In this document: in pieces, positions 17,073 to 26,732 of the stretch
Layout of the letters: the number at the start of each line of letters is the position of its first letter
How positions within the stretch are numbered: position 1 is the first letter of the stretch
The notes under the pieces: generated by a model
What the model was told of the DNA's origin: nothing
Database searches by the model: none
The model's input: the letters and a program-made list of their open reading frames with translations, nothing else
DNA from: a virus
Lineage: Duplodnaviria > Caudoviricetes
Virus record (IMG/VR): IMGVR_UViG_3300022833_000010
Location: 1 to 63,880 of that record
Direction: 5' to 3' (one strand)
DNA length: 63,880 nt
Translations under genes and position numbers: made by a program

Positions 17073-17621
17073 TTAGCTAAGTTTGTCAATTGATTTAGTT
17101 TCACTATTATAGCACCAAGAGGTAACTTTATTTGAGATAGCGTACTCTTTAGGGTTTAGGTGAATAAAGTGTGGAAACTTATCCTGCATACGAACTTGAC
17201 GCTCTGGTACTGTATCTCGACAAAGAGTTAACTGTTTAAACTGCATATCTTGGTTATACTGCTCAGAACGGTAAGTTCGATCGATCCGAGGACACCAACC
17301 TGCTTGACAAATACCGTAGTCGCAACGATCTGCAGTGCGCTCTAGGTTCCACTCACCACGTAAGAATACTAAGTTAAGCTCAAACCCCATCCAAGGGATT
17401 ACTTGCGCTCGCATTAGATAAGCGTTACGGGAACCATCATCAGTGGACATTTCTGGCAAAGGATCTGTACTGTATCCGGAGATAAAAATATCGATGTCTT
17501 TAACAGGAAGACCCATGTCAGTGTCTCGGATAAGGCCACCAACAATAAACCAATCACGATCGGGGTAAGCACCTGTCATAAAACTTACAGCAGCAGATTT
17601 AGCGTTTTGGATATAACTCAT
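17073..17621 (-). CDS. Nucleotidyltransferase (CCA/poly(A)-polymerase head-like)
   Basis: FIVGGLIRD ... VKDIDIF ... D(Y)GICQ. Confidence 0.75.
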   Translation of the reverse strand: MSYIQNAKSAAVSFMTGAYPDRDWFIVGGLIRDTDMGLPVKDIDIFISGYSTDPLPEMSTDDGSRNAYLMRAQVIPWMGFELNLVFLRGEWNLERTADRCDYGICQAGWCPRIDRTYRSEQYNQDMQFKQLTLCRDTVPERQVRMQDKFPHFIHLNPKEYAISNKVTSWCYNSETKSIDKLS

Positions 17622-17637
17622 TGTTTAGAACTCCTAT

Positions 17638-17973
17638 TTAATCAATAAATATTTTTAGTGTTTTGCCACTATCTTGTAAAGATACTCGAACGTTTTCTAC
17701 ACTAGATAAATGATTAGTGTAGCTACGACCACAATCATCAATAACTTCTACTCTTATCACATCTGGGTGTGTATAAAGAGTGTCTTTCTCTGGTTTTGAA
17801 AAAGACAAGTTAAGGATAGAGTTCACTAAAGAAATTTCCGACGGGGATTGCACATCTTTTTTATCGACTTCTACAGCCCAGTCATAAAGGGAACTAGTTA
17901 AGTCTTTGAACTCCGCAATGTCCATAATCTTGATTTCTACTTTTATCTTTGAGTCTTCTGATTTTTGTATCAT
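17638..17973 (-). CDS. Hypothetical protein
   Basis: C-terminal RVEVID..GR.Y...SLQD.GKTLKIFI motif. Confidence 0.6.
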   Translation of the reverse strand: MIQKSEDSKIKVEIKIMDIAEFKDLTSSLYDWAVEVDKKDVQSPSEISLVNSILNLSFSKPEKDTLYTHPDVIRVEVIDDCGRSYTNHLSSVENVRVSLQDSGKTLKIFID

Positions 17974-17992
17974 TTATAGCTCCAATTCCTTA

Positions 17993-19930
17993 TTAGTGTA
18001 CTTCAAAGTAGTTGTCACCGATTTTACAATCGCCGCATGTCATAATATTAACACCATACTCTTTAGGAGCATCAATAAAACATTGCATAATGATGTCACG
18101 AGCTTCTTCAGCTTGATCTTCACGTACTTCTACAGAGTGTTCATCGTGATAGAACAACAAGTGCGAAAAATCAATCTTCGCTTCAGTTAGCCTTTTATCA
18201 ATCATAACAACAGTAGCTTTCATCACTACTGCTTCAGCACCTTGAATCAAGTAGTTTAGTGCTTTATAACACTCTTTAATAGGTAGCATAATAGGGCGAT
18301 CATCAAGGCCAGTAATAGCGCTACCTTCTTCAACAATTGACGTAATACGCTCAATTAGAGCAGTAAGTTTTGGAAGTGCTTTCTTGAAAGCTTTAATTGA
18401 ATTCTTAGTCTCAGCTAAAGACTTGCCGATGTAGCTACTAAGCTTTTGAGGACCAGCACCGTAAAGGAAAGCAAAAATAAATCGTTTTGCTTGAGAGCGA
18501 GTACAACCTAGAATATCAGCATTTCGTTGATGAACATCACCGTTTAGAATTAGATCTAGATACTCTGCATCTTTCATGTAGTGAGCAAGTAATCGCAACT
18601 GACAGGCAGCAGAGTCGGCTGATACAATCTTGTAGCCTTTCTTTGCAACAAACAACTCTCGAATTTCTTTACCTAGTGTTGCGCCACCGCTAGGTAAGTT
18701 AGCGATGATTTTGTGAGTTTGTCGGAATGTTGGAGTGCCAATGTTAAAGACATCACCGTGAAGCCTTGACTCTTTATCCACGTGTTCAAACCAACCTTTA
18801 ATGATAGAGTGTCTAGAGCGCAAAGTGTAGTATTTCATTAAAGCTGCGCCAACTTCTCCTAGTGGTTCCAAGGAACTGTCAGAGAGTTTAGCTGATGTTT
18901 TCGTGAGCTTACCGTCGATTTTCTTCCAGTTCCACTCGTCCGGTTTCCAGCCCAAGCTAGTGATAAGACCTTTAACCGTATCAGTATTACCGATATCACC
19001 AACAGTAAAATCAACACGACAGTAACTACCCCAAATGGGGCTAGAATTAACATCGGTGTCCAGAGGAAGCTTAAACCAATTGACAGTTGTCTTGACAAGT
19101 TTTCCTGCTTTTGTGTAAGTTGGTTTTTTCGGTACTGCATAACGTTTCCCTGTAACTTCTTCATGCTTTCGTTGAGTATCGGGGTCTACTACAATAGTAT
19201 TACCAGAAAGCATTGGATTGATGAAATCTTGCATTTCTACCATTTGATCTTCAACAACTTTTACAAGCATCTTAGCACCGTTAAGATCAAACTTCCAACC
19301 ATTAAGGTTTTGTTTTACCATTATAGCGTCCATTTCCATTTCTGAACGCAGTGCTTTTAAGATAGTTTTTGAGCCGCTAGCCTTGATATAGTTACGTAGT
19401 TCCTGCATAAGAAACTTGTAAACTTTAACACCCAAGCGGATATCTTGTTTCATGTACTCAAACATTTCCTCATTAAAGGTTTCAAATCCGCCGCTATAGT
19501 CTCCTTTTAACAAACTTTCTTTTTGCTTACTTAGCTTTACGTATTCTTTTCTTTCGGTAATACCTCCTCGTAAGTTTAGTCTTTCTGATTCTATGCGCGA
19601 TTTTTCAAAAGACTGACCAAATAGTTTTAAAGAGTGACCAAAACCAAATCGACGGTAGTTTAAAACCTGTGACATAACTTTTGTACAAATCACAGTACAC
19701 TTTGGTGTGTAGCCCCAGACTTTAAACATAGCAGCAACGTCATAACCAAAGGCATTATGGAATACAACTTTGTCTGCGGTGTCCATACGATCTCGGTAAG
19801 CTTGTTGTTCGTGAGGCCGATAAAAGAACTCTTCTCCAGTGTCTACATCCACAAGACCCGTACAATGGATTTTAGTAATTCCCGGTAGCAGGTTGTTGGC
19901 TTCAATATCTGATACGTAGGTTGTTGTCAT
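17993..19930 (-). CDS. Family A DNA polymerase (T7 gp5-like)
   Basis: SDIEAN, FHNAFGYD, ADSAACQLR, RSQAKRFIFAFLYG, LNYLIQG, YHDE. Confidence 0.95.
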   Translation of the reverse strand: MTTTYVSDIEANNLLPGITKIHCTGLVDVDTGEEFFYRPHEQQAYRDRMDTADKVVFHNAFGYDVAAMFKVWGYTPKCTVICTKVMSQVLNYRRFGFGHSLKLFGQSFEKSRIESERLNLRGGITERKEYVKLSKQKESLLKGDYSGGFETFNEEMFEYMKQDIRLGVKVYKFLMQELRNYIKASGSKTILKALRSEMEMDAIMVKQNLNGWKFDLNGAKMLVKVVEDQMVEMQDFINPMLSGNTIVVDPDTQRKHEEVTGKRYAVPKKPTYTKAGKLVKTTVNWFKLPLDTDVNSSPIWGSYCRVDFTVGDIGNTDTVKGLITSLGWKPDEWNWKKIDGKLTKTSAKLSDSSLEPLGEVGAALMKYYTLRSRHSIIKGWFEHVDKESRLHGDVFNIGTPTFRQTHKIIANLPSGGATLGKEIRELFVAKKGYKIVSADSAACQLRLLAHYMKDAEYLDLILNGDVHQRNADILGCTRSQAKRFIFAFLYGAGPQKLSSYIGKSLAETKNSIKAFKKALPKLTALIERITSIVEEGSAITGLDDRPIMLPIKECYKALNYLIQGAEAVVMKATVVMIDKRLTEAKIDFSHLLFYHDEHSVEVREDQAEEARDIIMQCFIDAPKEYGVNIMTCGDCKIGDNYFEVH

Positions 19931-19968
19931 CTAATTACTCTCCTTTTCTATTTAAACCATACTTTGAG

Positions 19969-20427
19969 TTAGCTTTCTTCTTTAACTATTTTAGCCATGT
20001 AATTTGCATACCAACAGATCTTCTCTGCGTCTTGTAGTTTGTGATCTTTTTTACCAATACGAAGAGAGTACTTGAACACTTGACTCATAACAGTGGCTTC
20101 ATGTGGACTCAAGTGTGCTACTGCATACTCCATGATATCCATGTACTGCATACCATTTGGATACTTTAGATAAGCTTCTTTTGGAATAATTTTGTAGTGA
20201 GTTGGGTTGATGATTAGGTTTTTCTCTTTTTCATCTAGAGAACCGAAGTCTCCATGAAAATCTGTTTCCTTTTTAACTTCTTTGTTATTGTGGTCATCAA
20301 GCAAGTCGAAGAATTCTTTATCCGAAGCATCTATATTTGCGTAAGGGTTCTGTGAGTCAAATATTTTCATTCCGTCTTCCTCTTGAGCGTTAAATTCAGT
20401 TGCAATTCGCTTTAATACACGGTTCAT
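19969..20427 (-). CDS. DUF3310 / T7 gp1.7-like nucleotide kinase
   Basis: INPTHY ... FKYSLRIGKKD..QDAEK..WY. Confidence 0.75.
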   Translation of the reverse strand: MNRVLKRIATEFNAQEEDGMKIFDSQNPYANIDASDKEFFDLLDDHNNKEVKKETDFHGDFGSLDEKEKNLIINPTHYKIIPKEAYLKYPNGMQYMDIMEYAVAHLSPHEATVMSQVFKYSLRIGKKDHKLQDAEKICWYANYMAKIVKEES

Positions 20428-20648
20428 ACGTTATCCCAACCTTCATAGTTTTCTGGATTAATTTGAAAAAGAACTAGGTTTTGTTCAGAGAAAGAAATTA
20501 CTCCTACTCCCACGTAACCTAAAAGTTTAGCTTGTTTTTCAGCTGCAATATAAAATTTCAAAAGTTCAGTTGCTCGATCTGAATTGATTTCTTTACTTAC
20601 AGTTGCCATTGCAACTTCGTTTAAGTTTTTATAGGTCATAAGGTACAT
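20424..20648 (-). CDS. Hypothetical protein
   Basis: ORF track. Confidence 0.5.
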   Translation of the reverse strand: MYLMTYKNLNEVAMATVSKEINSDRATELLKFYIAAEKQAKLLGYVGVGVISFSEQNLVLFQINPENYEGWDNV

Positions 20649-20898
20649 AATCTCCTAGTTTGTTAAATTTAGTAATAGTTTTTATTCTGTTACCTACTTT
20701 ACTAATAGAGTGTTCTATCATAGTCATTTTTGTTAATTCTTCAGACATACAGGATGAAATTTGTTTCCAAGCAATACCATCTTGCTCCCCGTTTGTCATT
20801 GTTTTTTCTGAGTAGAATAGCTGAAAATTACCACTGTACTTTTCTACTATCTTGTACTCTCCAGCCTTTTCTAAAACTTGGTTTGAATCGGTGTTCAT
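20629..20898 (-). CDS. Hypothetical protein
   Basis: ORF track. Confidence 0.5.
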   Translation of the reverse strand: MNTDSNQVLEKAGEYKIVEKYSGNFQLFYSEKTMTNGEQDGIAWKQISSCMSEELTKMTMIEHSISKVGNRIKTITKFNKLGDYVPYDL

Positions 20899-20919
20899 TT
20901 CCTAATCCTTTGTTTTTTG

Positions 20920-21105
20920 TTAAGTAGACAACCAGCCTTTATCTAGGCTCTCTCTGTAGCATTCTTTTAGGTATTCAAGCTCTTTTGCTTTTTTGATTAC
21001 TCGCCTTTTACGACATTCTTCGCTATAAGTAATACCGTGTAACTTGAAGTAATCATCATCTATCTTTTTATCATGTCTCTCTCTTGCGTCATCATAGTGG
21101 CCCAT
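20920..21105 (-). CDS. Hypothetical protein
   Basis: SD GGAG. Confidence 0.5.
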   Translation of the reverse strand: MGHYDDARERHDKKIDDDYFKLHGITYSEECRKRRVIKKAKELEYLKECYRESLDKGWLST

Positions 21106-21224
21106 AGATATTCTCCAATAAGTTATTTATAAAACAAACTTAATCGTAATTCCACTTACCATCTTGATTTGCATAAGTGTAATTTAGATAAGACTTGCTT
21201 GCGTGGGAATAAACAATTAAGCCT

Positions 21225-21584
21225 TCAGGTGTGTAGTTTTTTCCAATTCACTTCTCCAGTTTTTACTAAGTCTCTTAGCATAGCTGCGGCTTCTAACGAA
21301 GTAGCTCCCCAAGCCCAGTCATTATCAGAATTTGGTTCTCCAATTTTTGATGCTGTTTCTGAATCTAGCTCAAAGTGGTTTTCAATAGCTAAATCATAAT
21401 GAGTACCTGAGTATGGGTATAGATACCTAATGTGTCCACCAATACAGGCAGCTGTTCCACAAGAATGTGAATCAACAGGGAGATCACGTTCCATGTCAAA
21501 CCCTAGAAGAAGGTTTCTTTTATTTTCTAGATCGTTTAAGTTTTCAAGGTATTCGGCAAACTCAATAATATTTTCAACGTTCAT
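21225..21584 (-). CDS. Hypothetical protein, CGTAACIGGH family
   Basis: Paralog of 2927-3301. Confidence 0.7.
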   Translation of the reverse strand: MNVENIIEFAEYLENLNDLENKRNLLLGFDMERDLPVDSHSCGTAACIGGHIRYLYPYSGTHYDLAIENHFELDSETASKIGEPNSDNDWAWGATSLEAAAMLRDLVKTGEVNWKKLHT

Positions 21585-22024
21585 GTAGTATACTCCATAA
21601 TTGCATAGATTGCATCATCTAGTGAGTTGTGTACTTCAGTAGCCATAGCGGCCATAAAAGGATTTAGATCATCACTTGGTCGCTTAAACATAATAATGAT
21701 TTTATTTTCGGTATGAGCAAACATTACTTCTGCCGCAGTACCTTGCCCCTTAGCTTTTTCGTGATGTCTCATATCAACCAACATAGCATCACAGACAGAA
21801 ATATCTCGGAGGTCTTGTTTGAAAATTCTCTTAGAAATATTTAGTTCGTGACCTTTATCGTCTAACACTTGTTGATGGTAAGTGACTCTTCGCGCTGGGT
21901 CTAAAGACATAATATCTGCTGCAATAAGGTCGATTCTTGCGCGATTTCTCCAACCTTTCATTTCTTCTGAAGATAGACCAGCCATAGGACCAGCCAAGTA
22001 AACACCGTTAAGTAAATCTGCCAT
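21581..22024 (-). CDS. Nucleoside 2-deoxyribosyltransferase-like protein
   Basis: VYLAGPM, IFKQDL..I..CD.MLV, GTAAE. Confidence 0.85.
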   Translation of the reverse strand: MADLLNGVYLAGPMAGLSSEEMKGWRNRARIDLIAADIMSLDPARRVTYHQQVLDDKGHELNISKRIFKQDLRDISVCDAMLVDMRHHEKAKGQGTAAEVMFAHTENKIIIMFKRPSDDLNPFMAAMATEVHNSLDDAIYAIMEYTT

Positions 22025-22296
22025 TACAATACCTTCCTAATCCACAAGTTTTCTTTAGCTTCTACTGCTGCACCCAACAAAGCAAGCTTCTTATTAGGTT
22101 TTGAAGAGGGATAACGCGTCTTGTGACTGCTACGGTAGATCTCATCGTGTTTGTTTTTACGTACACCTTCAATACTAAGTATAGTTGTATGTCCAGAAAG
22201 ATAAACTTCGCCAGTGTCTTTGTTATAAATATCGTACTTGAAAGGATTACATTCACGTTCTTTTGTGTAAATACCGTTTGTGTTAGTAGTTTTCAT
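22024..22296 (-). CDS. Hypothetical protein
   Basis: ORF track; TAATG coupling. Confidence 0.5.
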   Translation of the reverse strand: MKTTNTNGIYTKERECNPFKYDIYNKDTGEVYLSGHTTILSIEGVRKNKHDEIYRSSHKTRYPSSKPNKKLALLGAAVEAKENLWIRKVL

Positions 22297-22298
22297 GT

Positions 22299-22862
22299 TT
22301 ACTTTCCTTTGATAGCTGTTACGTGAAACTTAGAAACTTCTTCAACAGTGTTAAAGTGTTTACCTTTGTCTTTTTCAAAGATGAACTGACACCAAGTATC
22401 CCACCAATACTCTGAACCTTCTTTTTGTACAAGATCAACATATTCTGCTGTACGTTTAGAATTAGAAAAGTAGGAGCTAGAAATGCCTAAACGATTGAGA
22501 TTGTGTACGTCTAAACATGCACAATTGTAGCCTAACATTTGTAATAGAAAACCTGATTTGGCAAGACCAATACCTTTAGTTTTTGCTATAAGAGTAATCG
22601 CATCGCTTACTTCCATTTTGTTTGAAACTAGGCTGTTATACCACTGGTACTTGTTAGCTTGGACTGCATCATAAGCATCGTTTTTATGACCCCAGATGTG
22701 CTTAGAAGCAGCCCCTTCTTCTTTAATACTCTTTGTAATTGTGTCTAAGTGATAGAATTTAGTTCTGATAGAACCGATAACACAGTAGGCCACTTCAGCA
22801 AGAGCAGATGGGCCTTCTTTTTGTACATATTGTTGAATTTGTTTTACATCATTCTTATACAT
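22299..22862 (-). CDS. HhH-GPD DNA glycosylase-like protein
   Basis: KGIGLAKSGFLLQMLG..CACLDVH resembles Ogg2-type GIG.K.A..FL...G....ID.H. Confidence 0.65.
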   Translation of the reverse strand: MYKNDVKQIQQYVQKEGPSALAEVAYCVIGSIRTKFYHLDTITKSIKEEGAASKHIWGHKNDAYDAVQANKYQWYNSLVSNKMEVSDAITLIAKTKGIGLAKSGFLLQMLGYNCACLDVHNLNRLGISSSYFSNSKRTAEYVDLVQKEGSEYWWDTWCQFIFEKDKGKHFNTVEEVSKFHVTAIKGK

Positions 22863-23250
22863 TTAGGTTTTCTCCGCCTTTTACTTCGTTCCAGTTGTAA
22901 GGTGAAAAGTTATCACCTCTGTTATCTTCAGGTCTCAAACTCTCTTCTAACATGTAAGCATGCTTTTTTAAAAGGCCTTTGCCGATGATAGAGATTGTAA
23001 CGCTATTTGAATACCTAGACATTTGATGGTGTACTGTTCGCCAACCCTTCTCACCTCCTTCATAAAATGCTAACTCAGCAGCATAACGCATACCTAGACC
23101 TACCTCTGTTAGACCTGTTACGCCGATGTAACCTTGATGTATTCCTTTGTGTTGAGGTACGCTGATCCAGTAAAGCAAAAATGTCTTATCTAAAGGTTTG
23201 TTGTTATACGCTCTTTTCATATTATCAGGCAGCAATTCATAAGAATTCAT
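22855..23250 (-). CDS. GIY-YIG-like nuclease
   Basis: LYWI......GYIGVT ... AY.LE..LRP ... WN...GG. Confidence 0.6.
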   Translation of the reverse strand: MNSYELLPDNMKRAYNNKPLDKTFLLYWISVPQHKGIHQGYIGVTGLTEVGLGMRYAAELAFYEGGEKGWRTVHHQMSRYSNSVTISIIGKGLLKKHAYMLEESLRPEDNRGDNFSPYNWNEVKGGENLNV

Positions 23251-23268
23251 AATACTCTCCAATTTGGT

Positions 23269-23297
23269 AAAAAGGCCACCCTAGTTAAAGGATGACC
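23269..23297 (-). terminator. Intrinsic terminator after ssb
   Basis: GGTCATCCT-TTAACT-AGGGTGGCC-TTTTT; near-identical to 30498-30527. Confidence 0.8.
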
Positions 23298-23325
23298 GTA
23301 ATTTTAGGATTGCAGTCCAAGACGT

Positions 23326-23877
23326 TTAAAAGTTTATGTCGTCGTCAAGATCGTCGTTTTTACCCGATACCATGTCGTCGTCGGCATCGTGATTATCTTC
23401 AATCTTGTTAACCTTATATTCAGTAGGTGCGAAACCACCGTCCATAGGTTTTGGAGTGTATTCATTATGAAGTGTAACTTGGATACCCATTAACATGGAT
23501 GCCCGACCTTCTTTATTATTTACTTTATAATCATATTGAAAAATTGACAGATTGCCACGAGAACCATTACCAATTGTTTTTGGGTCAATAGGTGAAAGAT
23601 CACCAGCAACCACATTAACAGGTTTAGTATTAGTACCATCTGCCTTCTTAGATCGCTTTTTCAAGTTAACACGATAAAACACACCGTCATCGTTATCGTC
23701 TGTAGTTACACGAAGATCTTTTGCTTTCCAATCTTTAGCAACTGCCTTGTCTTTAGTTCGGATTTGAATCTCCCAAGTAGGGCGATCTTTATCAAAGCGA
23801 GAGTTAGGGCGTTCAGGGTCCAGTTTAGCAAAGTAAATTTCTACGTCCATAAGTACGATTGTTGCGTTATCAGTCAT
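23326..23877 (-). CDS. Single-stranded DNA-binding protein (T7 gp2.5-like)
   Basis: IGNGSRGN, GIQV, acidic tail ending in F; start revised to MTDNAT. Confidence 0.8.
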   Translation of the reverse strand: MTDNATIVLMDVEIYFAKLDPERPNSRFDKDRPTWEIQIRTKDKAVAKDWKAKDLRVTTDDNDDGVFYRVNLKKRSKKADGTNTKPVNVVAGDLSPIDPKTIGNGSRGNLSIFQYDYKVNNKEGRASMLMGIQVTLHNEYTPKPMDGGFAPTEYKVNKIEDNHDADDDMVSGKNDDLDDDINF

Positions 23878-23936
23878 GTTATTTCTTCCTAATAGGTTTT
23901 GTGTTTGGATTATGTGATCGGAATTGAACACTTATA

Positions 23937-23956
23937 ATCATTATTTGCGGGTATTT
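23937..23956 (-). promoter_or_regulatory. Phage RNAP promoter, class M/L, copy 3
   Basis: Perfect 20-mer upstream of ssb; first copy downstream of the stand-alone RNAP gene. Confidence 0.8.
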
Positions 23957-24214
23957 TTATTCCTTGTAATCAAGGTACTTTTGGTATTGCTCGTCAGTAA
24001 TTTCTACTAAATAGTCTCCGTAATCTTCCTCGTAAAGCTCTGAATAAAATTCAGTTTCATCTTTTGAAACCATAGTACACACTCCTTCGAAACCTTTTTC
24101 TCCTAGAAGTACTCCTATCACTTTGGCTTCGTTAACTTCATCTTCATAGTGTATTTTTACATAAACATTTTTTTCAAGCAAAAGCGAAATCTGATTCAAT
24201 GACTTTAGAAACAT
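23957..24214 (-). CDS. Hypothetical acidic protein
   Basis: ORF track; overlaps the RNAP 3' end. Confidence 0.5.
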   Translation of the reverse strand: MFLKSLNQISLLLEKNVYVKIHYEDEVNEAKVIGVLLGEKGFEGVCTMVSKDETEFYSELYEEDYGDYLVEITDEQYQKYLDYKE

Positions 24215-26510
24215 CTAAGTTTCCTTTCTCTGGGATTAAATGTAGAGCGTCCATCTGACTAAAGATATGCTCTAAGGGTTCTTGTTCGTAAAGTTCAACG
24301 AACTTGTATCTAACATTCATAAACAAGTGGTTCATGTTACCAGCATGGCAACCGAAAGAGTCGTGTACAACTGTAACTTGATAATCAGAATCGTGTACAA
24401 CCATAGTTACGTGAACAGCATCAACACTGTGTACAACATTTGGAGCAGTTGATTGCTTTTGTTTAACTTTGTTTAGTTCTTCTGTTTTCCTTAAACTTAC
24501 ACTAATACGGTACATAGTTTCACCGCGATACAGCTCTACCTGTTTTGTCTTAGTCTCTACATAGAGTTGTACCATAGGGAAGCCTGTGATAACCTGATCA
24601 TAAGATACATGCTTCCCTTTTTGATTTTCAGATACACCGAGCTTCTCAAACATTTCTAACATGTCTGATGGTCCTTTTAGTTCTTTCTTACAAGTGCTGT
24701 AGATTAAGTGGCCTAAGAAAACCGACCAAGAGTAGTCCTTATCACGCAAGTAATCAGAAAGACCACGAGTGTCGTCTTCTACCATATCTACCATACCGTG
24801 TTGAGTACCGCCATAACCGAGTGTCATAACGGGTCTTTTTACACCTTTACGCCAGATTTTACGGTCTTTTACGTTATGCCAAAAAACAGCACCCATTTGT
24901 TTCTTTAAGTCGTAAGTTTGGTTTTTGTATTCTCTTAAGCGAGCTACTGCGTTACGGTAAAGTTCAGAATTACTATTATTACTAAGTTTAGAAATTTCTA
25001 ACTTTAAACTTACTAACGTTTTGAAAACCTTATCAAACTGGTCTGATACTTTCTTTGGTGTCTCTTTTGCTTTTTCAGCAACTACTTCAATTACCTTATC
25101 TGCAATAAACATGTAGACATCCCCCGGAAGTTCTTGAGGTACTAAGTTTACAAGCGGAGCTACATTTTCATCCTTAGACATGGCAGCTAGGTGCTGAACG
25201 CCGTTATTGCTACCGTCGATGTAGATCGGCAGGTTAGAGGGGAAGTCCTCTATGTCTAAGCCTTTGTCGTTTACCCAGACGTTTATTAGAGAAAGTTCGT
25301 AACAGCAAGCCAAGAAGCACAAAGGTTTGTCCGCGTCCATCCAACCATCATTCTCAAGAGGATCTTCTACATAACTTAAATACGTGGACCAGTTTTCTAT
25401 TACAAACTCTGAGCGATCAGCTAGAGTAACTTTGTCGTTACCTAGCATGTTAGCGGTGTGAACTGTGAGCCAGAACATACCATCTTCACCTAGCGTTACA
25501 CTTTCATCTAACAAGAGTAAACCTTTTGCGTTGTCAGAAGATTGTTCGTGCAAGAAGGCAGTGTTAGGATAAATTCTACCGCGAAAGTCGCAGTTGTACA
25601 AGTGGTAGAAAGGATCAAACTGATTTCTTTCTGCTAACCTTTCAATAGCAGCAAGTTCAATTAACAAAGAAGCCTTCTTTTCTGGATCAACTTCTTTCAT
25701 AGCCTTAAAAGGTGTTTTACCTTGGTGTGTCTTTGCCTTCTTAAACACATCGAAAATAAAAGGATTGATCCTCCAACCTACATCACCTAGCTTATTTAAG
25801 GCTTTTACGACGTAATCCATTTGACCTTGTTTTACTTTCTTGATTGCGTCTTGATGAGGTTTTTTCTTGATAATCGGAAAACCAGTGTTGTGAAAGAACT
25901 TTCCACTTTCCCAGTGATCTGGTTTACTACGCATTGGAAATAACTCAACACTATCAATGTCGATTGTTTCCATAATAGAATGAAGTGCTTCAATGTTTTT
26001 TACATTTACATGGTAAGAAGTGTGCTTTTTCTTTCGACCTCCTTTGTTACTACCTACTTTTAAACGTAATGACAGTATCTCTAAATCGAGATAAGCTTGA
26101 AACAAAAACCATGCAAGATGCACTTCTTTGATTTCTACTTTGTTTGATTCTTCTTCTAGTTTTAACTTGCAGTTAGGCAGACCTAGTTTATTGTGAGTTC
26201 CAATAAAGAACCTTAGTTCTTTTAGTTCTGTGTTATCATCATTAACACTTTCTCGCTCAAGCACCTTTACTTTTTTACGTAAGTTCCTAAACATAGCACC
26301 CCCAACGCTTGATAAGGTGTTAGCTAACTCACTTTGCCTTTCTAAGTTTGTAAGAACATGTCCGTAGGTTAGAGTGATGAGTTCTTCTGGATCAAACTGA
26401 TAAAGGATCCAAGCTTTGTTTCTCGTATCTACCTCACTTGATTTGTTTGTTTTCATTAATTGGAGTTGTTGTTGTGTGAGGTTTTCACAGAGCAGCCCCA
26501 TAGTGTTCAT
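24174..26510 (-). CDS. Single-subunit T7-like DNA-directed RNA polymerase (stand-alone)
   Basis: DFRGRIY, IDGSNNGVQHL (motif A), RKGVKRPVMTLGYG (B), PNVVHSVDA, VHDSFG (C), C-terminal FAFA. Confidence 0.97.
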   Translation of the reverse strand: MNTMGLLCENLTQQQLQLMKTNKSSEVDTRNKAWILYQFDPEELITLTYGHVLTNLERQSELANTLSSVGGAMFRNLRKKVKVLERESVNDDNTELKELRFFIGTHNKLGLPNCKLKLEEESNKVEIKEVHLAWFLFQAYLDLEILSLRLKVGSNKGGRKKKHTSYHVNVKNIEALHSIMETIDIDSVELFPMRSKPDHWESGKFFHNTGFPIIKKKPHQDAIKKVKQGQMDYVVKALNKLGDVGWRINPFIFDVFKKAKTHQGKTPFKAMKEVDPEKKASLLIELAAIERLAERNQFDPFYHLYNCDFRGRIYPNTAFLHEQSSDNAKGLLLLDESVTLGEDGMFWLTVHTANMLGNDKVTLADRSEFVIENWSTYLSYVEDPLENDGWMDADKPLCFLACCYELSLINVWVNDKGLDIEDFPSNLPIYIDGSNNGVQHLAAMSKDENVAPLVNLVPQELPGDVYMFIADKVIEVVAEKAKETPKKVSDQFDKVFKTLVSLKLEISKLSNNSNSELYRNAVARLREYKNQTYDLKKQMGAVFWHNVKDRKIWRKGVKRPVMTLGYGGTQHGMVDMVEDDTRGLSDYLRDKDYSWSVFLGHLIYSTCKKELKGPSDMLEMFEKLGVSENQKGKHVSYDQVITGFPMVQLYVETKTKQVELYRGETMYRISVSLRKTEELNKVKQKQSTAPNVVHSVDAVHVTMVVHDSDYQVTVVHDSFGCHAGNMNHLFMNVRYKFVELYEQEPLEHIFSQMDALHLIPEKGNLDVSKVIESDFAFA

Positions 26511-26625
26511 AAGTTATTCCTTTTAGTTAGTGGACGAAGTGTATTCTTAAACACTCCACTTTATTTAAGGACTTTATAACTCTTAGTCTTCCTGAATTAA
26601 TCCTGTTTTAAGACAGATTAATACA

Positions 26626-26634
26626 ATTATAACA
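26626..26634 (-). promoter_or_regulatory. Possible host sigma70 extended -10 (TGTTATAAT) for the RNAP gene
   Basis: TGnTATAAT ~115 nt upstream of the RNAP start, just after a terminator; AT-rich context lowers certainty. Confidence 0.35.
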
Positions 26635-26663
26635 AAAAGAGTCATTTAAAATAGTTCTCCGAG

Positions 26664-26721
26664 AAAAAAAAATTGTTTATAACTCCCCCGCCACCACTCC
26701 GAAGAGCAGCAGCGAGGGGTT
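26664..26721 (-). terminator. Terminator ending the early region
   Basis: CCCTCGCTGCTGCTC-TTCG-GAGTGGTGGCGGGGG (15 bp, several G-U), then a U9 tract about 10 nt downstream. Confidence 0.75.
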
Positions 26722-26732
26722 TTGTTTTATGA

